Virus record (IMG/VR): IMGVR_UViG_3300045988_136394
Span: 49,940-113,939 of that record
Length of the DNA stretch: 64,000 bases
Strand: one strand, 5' to 3'
Origin: a virus
Positions 10,894 to 21,234 of the stretch are shown piece after piece (within the stretch, counting starts at the first letter, position 1; every line of letters begins with the position of its first letter). Under the pieces are notes generated by a model. The model ran no database searches. It saw only the letters and a list, made by a program, of their open reading frames with translations, and was not told where the DNA came from. The position numbers and the translations under genes are program-made.

Positions 10894-11099
10894 TCCGTTA
10901 ATCTTCCAGATTTAGATTTTTTTCTTTTTGGAGTTGCAACAGGTTTTTCTTCCTGTTCTACTTGTTCTTCAAAAACAACAGCTCCAGATTTTTTCATTTC
11001 CGGAAGATCAGATTCATCGGCGATAATATCAGTATAGGGAGGATATACTTTACGATTATATTTTACAGTTATGGGAAACTGTACTTTAACCTTAGACAT
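10890..11099 (-). CDS. Small hypothetical head-associated protein
   Basis: 69 aa with a lysine-rich tail. Confidence 0.3.
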   Translation of the reverse strand: MSKVKVQFPITVKYNRKVYPPYTDIIADESDLPEMKKSGAVVFEEQVEQEEKPVATPKRKKSKSGRLTE

Positions 11100-11113
11100 A
11101 TTAGCCTCCTAAA

Positions 11114-12193
11114 TTATTGAACTTTCATTACATAAATGTCATCCATTCTTTCGAAGGAAGGCAGCATAATAGCATCTACAACAGTAAATACATTTACTGG
11201 ATGCGGTTCTTTAACTGTGGTAATGGCAACACCATTAGCTACAACAGAAACAGAAGCGGAAGAATTACCGCTCATTAAATCATATTCTTCAGGAGTAGTG
11301 CCAAACCAAGTATTACCTAAAGAATAACTCGGTAACAAAGTTACATATCCATCAGGATAGAATTTATGGTCAACACCTTGTTCATCTTTGAACATCTTAT
11401 CATATGTAATGATTTCAAGTTGAGTTTCTTGACTTACAAAGGATTTAGCCTGAGCGCTAGAAACCAACATATTCGGAGCTGCTAATGGATTCATAAATTT
11501 CTTAATGGATTCAGAAGCCAACATATCTCGCAATGTTTTAGTTGTCATCAATGCTCGAGTAAGAGTGACACCATATTGATCAGCCATTGTAGTTGTTGCG
11601 TCAAGTAAGTCACCAATCGGATCATTTACAGCTTTCTTTTCTTGAGTCCAAACACCATCACCAGTCAAAGTGATTTTATGGTCGGAAGCCCAATCGCCGT
11701 CAGGATCATAATTATATTGATAACTAATATCACGACCAGTGCCTGCGGTTGCAGTAACAGAGATAGTACCATCTACCAGCAAGCTCATACGCATACGTTC
11801 TGCTTGTACCAATGCACCATCTACAAGACGAGTAATATCGTCATATACACGTGCAATAGTAGGCTGTGCAAAAGGAATGCCTTTAGCCAACAGATTTTGA
11901 ATATCCTGACGTTCTTTTTCACCAATACGAGTTGCTTCACGGAAGAACGGCATTTCCGTAGAAACTTCAGTAACACCAATACGATCTCTTAAAGTCGCTT
12001 TGGTATCAAAAGCAGACGGTTGCAATGCAACAGGAAGTTGATTACGACCTTTAATCCATGCAAGCTCAAGACCATTATTTTTATTATTAGGGAAAAATTG
12101 ACTACCAATCATAGGATTTTTCATGGCTGTATTAACATCAGTCCAATAAGCTGCAATGGCCTTTGAATCAAAAATTTCAAAAATAGATTTCAT
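11114..12193 (-). CDS. Major capsid protein
   Basis: 359 aa downstream of the scaffold gene. Confidence 0.6.
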   Translation of the reverse strand: MKSIFEIFDSKAIAAYWTDVNTAMKNPMIGSQFFPNNKNNGLELAWIKGRNQLPVALQPSAFDTKATLRDRIGVTEVSTEMPFFREATRIGEKERQDIQNLLAKGIPFAQPTIARVYDDITRLVDGALVQAERMRMSLLVDGTISVTATAGTGRDISYQYNYDPDGDWASDHKITLTGDGVWTQEKKAVNDPIGDLLDATTTMADQYGVTLTRALMTTKTLRDMLASESIKKFMNPLAAPNMLVSSAQAKSFVSQETQLEIITYDKMFKDEQGVDHKFYPDGYVTLLPSYSLGNTWFGTTPEEYDLMSGNSSASVSVVANGVAITTVKEPHPVNVFTVVDAIMLPSFERMDDIYVMKVQ

Positions 12194-12218
12194 TTCTATT
12201 ATTCTCCTTTACTAATAA

Positions 12219-12599
12219 TTAACTACCAACAGACGCATCCGCAGGTTGTAAGATGGTCATATCATCTTTTAAGAAATAAATCATTCTTAAATTTTTAAGT
12301 GCTGCATCTGATGGCTGAGCAGGTAAACGATCTGCTCGAATAAATCCATGTAAAACAATAGCCATGGAAGCATCACTTTCAGTTACATCATAATCTTGCA
12401 ATACAACACCAATCGCTTTATTGTCATTAGACGGATAAATAGTACCCGCTTTAATAATAAAACGATCACCTTCTTTAACTACCATACCACCAGCCTCTGT
12501 GGCTTTTGTGGCCTTTCTTGCAATAGATACATAGTGATCAGGCATTGCAAGAATATGCTTAGCAGAATCGTAAGCAATAGTTTTGTACTTCATTGTCAT
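12219..12599 (-). CDS. Hypothetical head protein
   Basis: 126 aa between the scaffold and capsid genes. Confidence 0.35.
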   Translation of the reverse strand: MTMKYKTIAYDSAKHILAMPDHYVSIARKATKATEAGGMVVKEGDRFIIKAGTIYPSNDNKAIGVVLQDYDVTESDASMAIVLHGFIRADRLPAQPSDAALKNLRMIYFLKDDMTILQPADASVGS

Positions 12600-12601
12600 T
12601 T

Positions 12602-13213
12602 TTAATTTCCTCCTTCTGTCTGAATCCCAAGCATTTGAAGTTTTTGTTTTGCTAAAGATTTACCGAAATCTTCACTTGTTGTAGGCTCTTTTTTATTGGT
12701 ATCACTGTCCCTCGGTGTATTGCCACTAGGATTTCCAGGATTATCCGCAGGTTTAAACAAGAAAGATTTATCTTTTTGCAAAGATTCAACCTGTTCTTTC
12801 AGTCCACTAACAACCTTGTCCCCATCTAATTTAATTAGACTTAAATCGATTAACCCTTTTACAAGTTGCAAATCGTGCGGTTTATTTTCGCCAGCTAATA
12901 AGGCTAATTCAACTGCATTAACTTTGCGTAATTTTTCGAGCTGCTCTTTATACTCAGTTTCCTTCGTAGTAGCCTCGCCCTGAAGTTTTTCGATTTTGGC
13001 GGCAAGTTCAGCATTAGTACCTTCAAATTTTTTCAATTTTTCCAGTTCTGTTTTATTGCTGTTGACTGTTGCAACAAGGTTTTCATTCTCTGCCTTTAGC
13101 ACATCATAAGTCCCTTTAGGCACATAACCTTCCATAGCTGCATTATGCAGTTGTATTGCTTTTTCTGCTTGTTCTTCTGTTAAGCCAAAAGCAATCAAGG
13201 CTTCTTTTGTCAT
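12602..13213 (-). CDS. Scaffolding protein
   Basis: 203 aa, highly charged coiled coil (EKLKKFEGTNAELAAKIEKLQGE...). Confidence 0.55.
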   Translation of the reverse strand: MTKEALIAFGLTEEQAEKAIQLHNAAMEGYVPKGTYDVLKAENENLVATVNSNKTELEKLKKFEGTNAELAAKIEKLQGEATTKETEYKEQLEKLRKVNAVELALLAGENKPHDLQLVKGLIDLSLIKLDGDKVVSGLKEQVESLQKDKSFLFKPADNPGNPSGNTPRDSDTNKKEPTTSEDFGKSLAKQKLQMLGIQTEGGN

Positions 13214-13235
13214 ATCATTCGCTCCTTTTCATAAA

Positions 13236-13268
13236 AAATGTACTCGTAGAATCATCTACGAGTACATT
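13236..13268 (-). terminator. Intrinsic terminator between the minor head and scaffold genes
   Basis: Perfect 13 bp stem (ATGTACTCGTAGA / TCTACGAGTACAT) followed by UUUUUUAU on the minus strand. Confidence 0.5.
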
Positions 13269-13305
13269 ATACAATATAAATTCTTAAAATTCAATATAAA
13301 AGTTC

Positions 13306-14343
13306 TTATTTATTTACATATTCTTTTAACCATTGTTTATAACTGATATTTTTATCAACTGTATAATAACTTTCTTCTTTAGCAATGCGTTGTGTATAAG
13401 ATTGCCCATCTATAACTGGAACAGTTGTTGTTCTACAATTTGGATGAAATGGTGGAAAGTTTACCCCTCGTTCAGCTTTAGATACTTTAAAAATTCTACC
13501 GTCCATACTTATACAAATTTCTGATGTTTTAAAATCCAAAGTTGCTAAAAGTTGATATTCTTTTATGCCAGCTTGTGTATAAGCTTGTAAAGCCGCCTGA
13601 TTTGCTACATTATTCATTTCAGTTCTGACTAAAGTCATTGCTACACCTTGGCGTGTATTCATGGCACTGGCAATTTTATCCGCAACATATCTAGATGATT
13701 TTCCAGCTGCAAAAGCAAATTGCATTTCTTTTTTAAGATTATAAATTAGCATTTCTTTATTTTTCCAAAGACGATCACTAAAATCCTCTCCTAAATAATT
13801 TTGTGAGAGAACACTAATAACTAAATCTTTGGAAGGGGTAGTGAAGGACATGCCTACGCCCGAATAAGTCTGCACGTCATATAAAGTATGGTAGTACATA
13901 TCTTCATAGCCTTGTAGGTATATATTCGGTTGTTGATCTTCCTGTTTTAATAATAGCATTTCAATAGCATGCCTATATTCGGCTATTAATAATTCTAATC
14001 TGGATAATCTTGCACGATCTTGAAGTTCCTTTAAATTTTTAAGGTAACTTTGAGCATTTTTAGTATCATACTGTGAAGCCTGTTCAATATAATCTTGAAT
14101 AATTTCTTTAAATTCTGATAATTCTTTACCGGATAATCTTTTTTTAGCCATTTCTAAAGAAATTTTATTTTCTTCTGCATATTTAGCATAAAAAAGCATT
14201 AATTCTTCCTGAAGCTCTTTAATTACTTTTTTATATTCTTTAGCTAGTTCAAGATTATAATCAACTGCAATATCTTCCACAGCTTGCAAATTACGTTCTG
14301 CTCTTTGTTGCCAATAATCCTGATTACTCATTATTTCCTCCAT
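13306..14343 (-). CDS. Minor head protein, SPP1 gp7-like
   Basis: 345 aa immediately after the portal gene. Confidence 0.5.
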   Translation of the reverse strand: MEEIMSNQDYWQQRAERNLQAVEDIAVDYNLELAKEYKKVIKELQEELMLFYAKYAEENKISLEMAKKRLSGKELSEFKEIIQDYIEQASQYDTKNAQSYLKNLKELQDRARLSRLELLIAEYRHAIEMLLLKQEDQQPNIYLQGYEDMYYHTLYDVQTYSGVGMSFTTPSKDLVISVLSQNYLGEDFSDRLWKNKEMLIYNLKKEMQFAFAAGKSSRYVADKIASAMNTRQGVAMTLVRTEMNNVANQAALQAYTQAGIKEYQLLATLDFKTSEICISMDGRIFKVSKAERGVNFPPFHPNCRTTTVPVIDGQSYTQRIAKEESYYTVDKNISYKQWLKEYVNK

Positions 14344-15862
14344 AAGAAGCTCTTGTTAATTTTAACTGCATATCAAGTTCTTTTTGTTGTTCTTCTTCTT
14401 GTTCTTTTTCCAATAAACGAATCTCTTCTTTTGGATCAATAACCCATGGATGATTCGAAACAATGGTTTGTTTACTAATAACACCTTCACTATTTTTACA
14501 ATCGAGAATTGTTTGGGCTTCATTAGTAATCATATCAGTATTAAAGATGATATCGAAATCTTCAGAAGTAAAATCTTTATTATTAAATGTTTTTTCGTGT
14601 TCTTTAATAAACCATGCAAGAGATTCTAAGGCTTCGATTACTTGCACACCTATATCGTTACAATCCAAAGACAAATCAATGTATTTAAATTTTAAAGCTT
14701 CACCACTAATATCTCGCATTTCATCTTGTTGAGTATCTACACCCGAACCATCTTCATAAATATCTTTACGTAAACGATTTAAATGTAATTCGGCTCCCTC
14801 TAATTTAAAAGGTATATCTAAATTAGTAAGATCGCCCTCTTCCGTTACATAGGCAACTTTTGTTTGCTTTAAATTAAGCATAAATTCATCTTTATCTGTG
14901 CCATCATAACCTTTAACAATACGAATACTATTAGGAACATCATGAATTTGATCACTAATATCACTGGTAATGGAATCATAGTCATCTATTAAAGTTTTAA
15001 TGTATCTTAATAATGGCAATTCTTCCATGTTATATTTAATACAAACAAAAGGAACACGTCCCCAAGACATGGGATCAGATACATAAATAGGATTTCCAAA
15101 TTCATCTGTATCAATTAAACCATTTTCATTAGTTTTCTTCTTCTTAATTCGAAAATGACTATCAACAAAACTTTCTTTATCCGGATCAATTCGTATTCCA
15201 TCAGCTGTTAATTCATAAAACCAAACTCCTTGAGGTGTATAATATTCAATTTTTTGATGTGGAATTTGATCTCCATTTGGCTTAATTTCCATAATTTCAT
15301 AAAATCGAATTACTGCATCTAAAACTGTATGGTCTGCATCTGCCCAAAAAGGAATGATTTCATAATCGGGCATTCTTTTAAATAATAAATTTCCATCTTC
15401 ATCATAATAAACTTGAAACCAATTAATTCCGGAAACAACAGCTTGTCTAACCATATTTTGTAAACGACGAAGAAATTTTTTATTAAAATAACCTTGAAGG
15501 ATTTGTTCAAACTCTTCATTTTTACATTTGATAGTAAAGGCTTTACTTAAAAGATAGTTAACTTTTTGATTTACTAATTTACGATAAAAAGAATGTCTTA
15601 ATTTAACATTAGACACAGTATTATCAATAATTTGTAATCCTTCGCGATTAAAATAAAATCTTATTTTATTATCAATCTCGGTTTCATTTTCAAAATACTC
15701 TCTTGCTACTTTTCTTTCCTTAAACAAAGCACTATTTTGAAATTGTTGAACAGCTCCAGTTAAAAAATCTTCTTGTGGTTTACCATAGCTACTCATACGA
15801 CGAATGTTTTCTGCATTAAAGTCATTTGGATCAATTCTCATAAAATCAGGTAATTTTAACAT
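14324..15862 (-). CDS. Portal protein
   Basis: 512 aa following the large terminase gene. Confidence 0.65.
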   Translation of the reverse strand: MLKLPDFMRIDPNDFNAENIRRMSSYGKPQEDFLTGAVQQFQNSALFKERKVAREYFENETEIDNKIRFYFNREGLQIIDNTVSNVKLRHSFYRKLVNQKVNYLLSKAFTIKCKNEEFEQILQGYFNKKFLRRLQNMVRQAVVSGINWFQVYYDEDGNLLFKRMPDYEIIPFWADADHTVLDAVIRFYEIMEIKPNGDQIPHQKIEYYTPQGVWFYELTADGIRIDPDKESFVDSHFRIKKKKTNENGLIDTDEFGNPIYVSDPMSWGRVPFVCIKYNMEELPLLRYIKTLIDDYDSITSDISDQIHDVPNSIRIVKGYDGTDKDEFMLNLKQTKVAYVTEEGDLTNLDIPFKLEGAELHLNRLRKDIYEDGSGVDTQQDEMRDISGEALKFKYIDLSLDCNDIGVQVIEALESLAWFIKEHEKTFNNKDFTSEDFDIIFNTDMITNEAQTILDCKNSEGVISKQTIVSNHPWVIDPKEEIRLLEKEQEEEQQKELDMQLKLTRASYGGNNE

Positions 15863-15871
15863 AATAACCTC

Positions 15872-17143
15872 CTAAAAACTAAATGTTCTGCGATTACATC
15901 TTTCAGTTGCATATCTTAGTGCGTCCATTAAATGATTATATTCATCCATAGGTTCATTAATTGGTTTTCCAGTATCTTTATCTTTATCCCATACATAGTT
16001 ACTAAATTCAACAACGTGATTCATGCAGCGTGGGTGAACATAAATATGATAATCTTGCAATTTTTGAATACCCGCAAGAACGCTACCTTTACCTTTTTTA
16101 GCAGCTTTAATACGATTTAGACCTAATAATCTTAATTCGTTAATTGTTCTCGCATCCTCATTATCTGCAATAATAACATCATTCATATATCCCTTATATC
16201 TAATATTGTCACGAATTTGTTGATTTGTTAGTTGAGTACGATAAATTTCATCGTAAACAAAAATTTCGTATTTATCCTCGTCAACAAAAATACAACTCAT
16301 TGCAGTTGGGTCATTCGCATAGCCAAAGTCAAGACCTTTGAAATCTCTATAAATTGGAATACCTTTTTTATTTTTAACATCTCTAAAATATGAGATATCA
16401 AAATCAGCTTCTTCCCAATTACTATAGATAAGACCTTCTGCAATACCCCAATCTCCCATTCCTTCGATACTATAACGACGAGGATTAGTACGTTTCATTT
16501 CCTCGAATATTTTTATATCATCTTCGCCTAAAAATTCATTACATTGATAATTTGTTGTTAAAGCTAATATATTTACATTATCGGCTTTATCAAAAAATCT
16601 TTTTTTGATCCAAATTTTATCAGACCACGGATTGAATGTAAAAGTATGTTGTTTAAATAATGGATAAGGTATAGCGCCACGAATTGATAAGTCAACCTTA
16701 TTAAATTCATCTTCATTAGAACATTGAAAAGCTTCTTCCCACCATACCCAGCAAATATATCCATCTTCTACTGTGATAGATGTGATTGATTGTGCGTCGT
16801 CCATGCCTCTAAAGAATATCTTTTGTCCGGAAGGTTTATAAGTGATTTCCAAAGGATTAACTGTGCAATGCCATAAATGGTCTACACCTAATCTATTAAT
16901 AGCCCATTTCAACTGTCTATAAGTAGAATCTCTGTGTGTATTATAGTAACGTCTAACTACCATTGTGTTCGGTTTTAATCTATACCGTTCGTAGAACTTC
17001 ATCATATTATAGATATACCATAAAGCAGTAGTACAGGATTTTTTACTACCACGACCACCTTTTAAGCACCTATAACGACCTTTAAAGTTCCAAAATTTGG
17101 CGTAACCACGACCAACAACTTCTGCTATATTAATCGTGGCCAT
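15872..17143 (-). CDS. Terminase large subunit
   Basis: 423 aa with a Walker A motif LKGGRGSKKS near the N-terminus and an acidic nuclease half. Confidence 0.75.
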   Translation of the reverse strand: MATINIAEVVGRGYAKFWNFKGRYRCLKGGRGSKKSCTTALWYIYNMMKFYERYRLKPNTMVVRRYYNTHRDSTYRQLKWAINRLGVDHLWHCTVNPLEITYKPSGQKIFFRGMDDAQSITSITVEDGYICWVWWEEAFQCSNEDEFNKVDLSIRGAIPYPLFKQHTFTFNPWSDKIWIKKRFFDKADNVNILALTTNYQCNEFLGEDDIKIFEEMKRTNPRRYSIEGMGDWGIAEGLIYSNWEEADFDISYFRDVKNKKGIPIYRDFKGLDFGYANDPTAMSCIFVDEDKYEIFVYDEIYRTQLTNQQIRDNIRYKGYMNDVIIADNEDARTINELRLLGLNRIKAAKKGKGSVLAGIQKLQDYHIYVHPRCMNHVVEFSNYVWDKDKDTGKPINEPMDEYNHLMDALRYATERCNRRTFSF

Positions 17144-17701
17144 TTAGTCCTCCAAATCCTCTTCCCCAACGAAAGAAACAGCGCTATTAACATTGACGTT
17201 ATTTTCGTTAAAGCCATGCATAGTATTCAACTCACTAACTGCATCAACAATGCCTGTGACTTGAATTTTATTAAGATGATTTTTCTGACGAAGTTTAATC
17301 ATCTTATTTACAAGACTTTTAATAACCCTCGGGTCTTCTTCTTCCTCAATTTGTTCCTGAAGGAATTGTAATTCTTCTTCAAAGGCTTGATTAACACGTT
17401 CCATTTCATTTTGGCAAGTAGCTATAACATAACGAAGTTTTTCAATGGATTCTTCCTTAGACCATTTTATAGACTTTAACTGTTCCTGTTCTCTAGCCTC
17501 AATTAATTTTCTAATACGATTTGCGATTGCAGGTTGCTGTGCTTTCGAATAAGCCGATGCGCCAACACTTTTCACTGTATCTAATTTTTCCGGAAAATGT
17601 TGTCTAAAAGCATCAACATATCGAACACCCATTGCAATATCCATACAGAACGCTTCTTCTTGCTCTGTTAAAATACCTGCAAGAGATACTAATGCTGCCA
17701 T
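17144..17701 (-). CDS. Terminase small subunit
   Basis: LTEQEEAFCMDIAMG..YVDAFRQHF pattern. Start chosen at the ATG with Shine-Dalgarno AGAAGGAGG. Confidence 0.55.
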   Translation of the reverse strand: MAALVSLAGILTEQEEAFCMDIAMGVRYVDAFRQHFPEKLDTVKSVGASAYSKAQQPAIANRIRKLIEAREQEQLKSIKWSKEESIEKLRYVIATCQNEMERVNQAFEEELQFLQEQIEEEEDPRVIKSLVNKMIKLRQKNHLNKIQVTGIVDAVSELNTMHGFNENNVNVNSAVSFVGEEDLED

Positions 17702-17726
17702 AATTAACCTCCTTCTAAATAAAAAT

Positions 17727-17749
17727 AAGGATACCAAAAAGATATCCTT
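17727..17749 (-). terminator. Hairpin (AAGGATA...TATCCTT) plus AUUUUUAUUU just upstream of the small terminase ribosome-binding site
   Basis: 7 bp stem and a U-rich tail on the minus strand. Confidence 0.35.
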
Positions 17750-17767
17750 ATTCGTATCTTTTATTTA

Positions 17768-17796
17768 ATTGTAGAACAGAAAGTTAAAAATGTCAA
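17768..17796 (-). promoter_or_regulatory. Sigma70-type promoter TTGACA-17-TACAAT facing the packaging genes
   Basis: Plus-strand tgtcaa at 17791-17796 and attgta at 17768-17773. Confidence 0.4.
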
Positions 17797-18041
17797 CTAT
17801 CTTTTGTTTCTAACAGGTGTGTTCCATTTAAAATGTATAAAAGATATTCACAACTTTTAGAAACGGCCGAATAATCCTCGTCGAATTTATCGCTATAACA
17901 TTTCCATAATGTAAGGTTAGAACCGAAATAAAATATTCCATAATACTTTCCAGTAAACCCATCATAAAGTTTAAACTTTTGTTGAATTTTTATACCAAGC
18001 TCAGATAAAACCTTTACTGTTATATTTTTCTGTATAACCAA
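17793..18041 (-). CDS. Hypothetical protein
   Basis: 82 aa ORF. Confidence 0.3.
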   Translation of the reverse strand: MVIQKNITVKVLSELGIKIQQKFKLYDGFTGKYYGIFYFGSNLTLWKCYSDKFDEDYSAVSKSCEYLLYILNGTHLLETKDS

Positions 18042-18082
18042 ACACCTTAACCCCCTTTATAACTCCTAATATAAAGGCATTT

Positions 18083-18526
18083 TCATTTGCCTGTACTTCC
18101 TACTCCGCCAACTCTTTCAGGTAGATTATCTACATCTTCGGTATCCACAGTATGATATCTATGAAAAATACCCTGTGCAATACGATCGCCTTTTCTAAAC
18201 GTATATGGAGCATTACCTCTATTAGTAATGTCAATTAGGATTTCTCCTTCATTATCCGGATTATTATAATAATCAGCATCAATAATGCCTGTCCCGTTAG
18301 TTAACTGTAAATTATATTTAATACCTAAACTAGAACGAATATGAATATACAAAACTTCATTATCATTCATTTGACATTTAATACCAGTTTTAAAAAGAAT
18401 AGATTGTCCTGGATTTAAAGTTACTCCTCCCCATGGAGCAAAAAAATCATAACCAGCTGATTTTTTTGTTTTTCTTTGTGGAATAAAAGCTTCCTTTACT
18501 TTTGATACTTTTTCAAAATTACGCAT
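18083..18526 (-). CDS. dut: dUTPase
   Basis: Motifs KKSAGYD, GTGIIDADY, RKGDRIAQ and GGVGSTG. Start taken at MRNFEK with Shine-Dalgarno AGAGGTGAAG. Confidence 0.75.
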   Translation of the reverse strand: MRNFEKVSKVKEAFIPQRKTKKSAGYDFFAPWGGVTLNPGQSILFKTGIKCQMNDNEVLYIHIRSSLGIKYNLQLTNGTGIIDADYYNNPDNEGEILIDITNRGNAPYTFRKGDRIAQGIFHRYHTVDTEDVDNLPERVGGVGSTGK

Positions 18527-18821
18527 TATCTTCACCTCTACGATAAATTCTATGAATTTGATAAAATTTGAAAGCTCCAATATAATATTCATCACATTTA
18601 TCAATTTTCACTGCATATATATCTTCAGAATCACTAACTAATTCAGGATTTAAAGCATGAGAAACGATGCCTAAACCAACTCCGGAAACAAGAACTCTAT
18701 CACCTTGCTCTAAATGATAGCCAAGTATCCATGTTAACCAACGTAAGAAATTCATAATTACATCAGAAAACACAAAAGCTCCTAATGTGCTTATAAATGC
18801 AACCACACAAAACTCTAACAT
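18519..18821 (-). CDS. Hypothetical membrane protein
   Basis: 100 aa with an N-terminal hydrophobic segment. Confidence 0.3.
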   Translation of the reverse strand: MLEFCVVAFISTLGAFVFSDVIMNFLRWLTWILGYHLEQGDRVLVSGVGLGIVSHALNPELVSDSEDIYAVKIDKCDEYYIGAFKFYQIHRIYRRGEDNA

Positions 18822-18972
18822 TACTTATTCAATCCTTTCCATAACAGCATATGTATTCTAAGTAACATAAATAAAATACAAGCTAATAAAATTTCTATGG
18901 AAGTTATCCAAAAACCCGCTTGTGATTTAAGAAAGCAAAAAGCGATTGCAACTCCAACAAAACCATTGCATA

Positions 18973-19293
18973 TCATTTCAAACATTTTATTTCCTCCAAT
19001 TTACGACTGACTTTAACTGTATCTGCATCAGGTTTTAATAATTCTTTAACAGCCTCACAAAGAATTTTATTATTATGCAAGCATGTATCATAGGCTTTTA
19101 AGATTGATTCTTTTTCTTTCAAATCATTAGAACATTTAGTTAAATAATCAATATATTGTTTTTGTAATTCTGAAAATTTTTTTGTAGCTATATTCCACAT
19201 GAAATATAATACCACATTAACAATAATACTACAAAGAATGAGTAAAATTAAAAAGATTTCAGTTTCCGTGAACATTTTCTTTTCTCCTTTCAA
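18973..19293 (-). CDS. Hypothetical membrane protein
   Basis: 106 aa with an N-terminal transmembrane helix. Confidence 0.3.
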   Translation of the reverse strand: MKGEKKMFTETEIFLILLILCSIIVNVVLYFMWNIATKKFSELQKQYIDYLTKCSNDLKEKESILKAYDTCLHNNKILCEAVKELLKPDADTVKVSRKLEEIKCLK

Positions 19294-19558
19294 ATTTATT
19301 TTGTAACAAATTAATAAATTCTTTTGTTGCCATGTGTAATATATCCTGTTTTAAGGCAGCGTTATAATACTTTAGGTGAATGAAAACAATGCACTCTTGC
19401 ACATAAATATTATTTAAGTATAAATCTGCCATACAGGATTTACAAACATGTAAAGTAACGGTTTCAAGTTGTGATTCTGTGCATTGATAGGGAGAAAACC
19501 ATTTAGGAATCCAATCTACTAATTTATCACTTTCTTTATTGCAAATAGTACATTTCAT
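19259..19558 (-). CDS. Cys-rich zinc-finger-like protein
   Basis: C-x2-C ... C-x2-C pattern. Confidence 0.3.
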   Translation of the reverse strand: MKCTICNKESDKLVDWIPKWFSPYQCTESQLETVTLHVCKSCMADLYLNNIYVQECIVFIHLKYYNAALKQDILHMATKEFINLLQNKFERRKENVHGN

Positions 19559-19896
19559 TCCTTCACTTCCTCAAACAAATCTTTAACTTTTACATTTAAA
19601 GCCTGTGCAAGACTGATAAGGGTACTTAATCGAACACTATTCTGTCTATCACTGGTATTTGTTTCGATAAGTCTAATAGTTGTAGGGGCTACCCCGGAAA
19701 CGGCGGATAAAGCTTCCCTTGTCCATCTTTTTTTCTCCCTATATTGCCGAACCTTATAAATAACTTTTTTTGTTTGTGTTGGCTTTACAATCATTTTAAT
19801 ATCATTAGTTTTAATATAATCAATTTTATGAATTTTTAAATAATGTAATACTTTAGTAAAAGCTTCAAATAATTCTGAATTAACTATTAGATTCAT
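19555..19896 (-). CDS. HTH (XRE/Cro-like) transcriptional regulator
   Basis: C-terminal TREALSAVSGVAPTTIRLIETN helix-turn-helix. Confidence 0.45.
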   Translation of the reverse strand: MNLIVNSELFEAFTKVLHYLKIHKIDYIKTNDIKMIVKPTQTKKVIYKVRQYREKKRWTREALSAVSGVAPTTIRLIETNTSDRQNSVRLSTLISLAQALNVKVKDLFEEVKE

Positions 19897-19905
19897 TTTC
19901 TACAC

Positions 19906-20097
19906 TCATTTCTGATTAATATCAACAACTATTGGATTTAAATACTTATCTTTAACTTGCATATCTAGTATTTTATTTGTTAACTCATAAATACATTGTA
20001 AAGCATTTTGTCTTATTGTAACATCTTCATCTTCCTGACAAGCACAAACCATGGCCTCGATAAGTTTAGTTAAATTTTCATCATTAATAATTTCCAT
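19906..20097 (-). CDS. Hypothetical protein
   Basis: 63 aa. Confidence 0.3.
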   Translation of the reverse strand: MEIINDENLTKLIEAMVCACQEDEDVTIRQNALQCIYELTNKILDMQVKDKYLNPIVVDINQK

Positions 20098-20459
20098 TAT
20101 AATCTACCTCTTTCACTATCTGCTAATTTAGTACATTCTAAATGATATATTCTACCTTTACCATACGCACCACAATTTATAATAGCAGTATCTGTATTTA
20201 CAATATCTTTAATATTTTTATTGACTTCTATAAATTGTTCTTCTGTGACAGGTAAAATTACCCCTATTTTTAATTTAAATTCGGCGTTTACAAAGGCTTT
20301 TGTTGCATCGTGAATGAATAAATCAAAAACATTACATTCATACCCCAGTTGTTCATTTTTTATCGGTTTTCCATTTTTAAGACAATCTTTAAGGGGATTG
20401 ATAATATCCCATTTATAAATACCACTAAATTTAACTATAGCTGTAGCTTTAACTAACAT
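20097..20459 (-). CDS. Hypothetical protein
   Basis: 120 aa. Confidence 0.3.
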   Translation of the reverse strand: MLVKATAIVKFSGIYKWDIINPLKDCLKNGKPIKNEQLGYECNVFDLFIHDATKAFVNAEFKLKIGVILPVTEEQFIEVNKNIKDIVNTDTAIINCGAYGKGRIYHLECTKLADSERGRL

Positions 20460-20461
20460 TA

Positions 20462-20776
20462 TTAACCCTTCTTTCTCATTTGTTGTTCATATTGTTTAAT
20501 TTGTTCTTCTATTTCGTGAATTTTATTCTTAATTTGATTAATATTTTCCATATTCTTAGATTGTATTTCATTAAATGTAGAAACATATTCTTCTTTACTA
20601 CAGATTTTCTTTTCTAATAATAAAGTTAAAATTGTCATGTTACTAGATCTTGTTATTTCTAAATCTTGCTGAGTTTCCGCTAATTCTTTTAGTATTTTAA
20701 AAATAAAACGATATAACATAATAATTCTCCTTAAAATATTATTTGTCTTATAGCATACAAAATTAAAAGTATACAT
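20462..20776 (-). CDS. Hypothetical coiled-coil protein
   Basis: 104 aa. Confidence 0.3.
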   Translation of the reverse strand: MYTFNFVCYKTNNILRRIIMLYRFIFKILKELAETQQDLEITRSSNMTILTLLLEKKICSKEEYVSTFNEIQSKNMENINQIKNKIHEIEEQIKQYEQQMRKKG

Positions 20777-20889
20777 ATAATCAGATTAAAATAAGATTTA
20801 TTGCGCATATATAGTTGTAGACTGACAGTAAATAATATACCTAAAATAAAAGAATCAAGTTTACCATTCATAAATTTAACTCCTAATAA

Positions 20890-21234
20890 TTACCGTCCAG
20901 TTATTAAATAATTCAAAGTTGCCCCTAACGGATTTTGTAAATAGGCTAAATACTCACTGACGCCAGTAATGAAACAACACACCATACCTATACTTAATAT
21001 GCCAAGAATAACAGATATTAAAGTTATGATAAACAATATATCATCTTTATACCTATATTTTGGAAATAACTTATAAAAAAGATAAAAAATAAAAATTATA
21101 AAAATTTCGAAAAATACCATTGCAATTAAATCATTAAACATATGATGCCCATAATATTCAATTAAATCATCTAAACTTTTTTCGCCTACTGTGGTTAAAC
21201 TATTTAAAATCTGAATAATTGTTTCTTCTTTCAT
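20890..21234 (-). CDS. Hypothetical membrane protein with two transmembrane helices
   Basis: 114 aa with two hydrophobic helices. A 46 aa two-helix peptide ORF lies just downstream at about 20741-20881. Confidence 0.35.
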   Translation of the reverse strand: MKEETIIQILNSLTTVGEKSLDDLIEYYGHHMFNDLIAMVFFEIFIIFIFYLFYKLFPKYRYKDDILFIITLISVILGILSIGMVCCFITGVSEYLAYLQNPLGATLNYLITGR

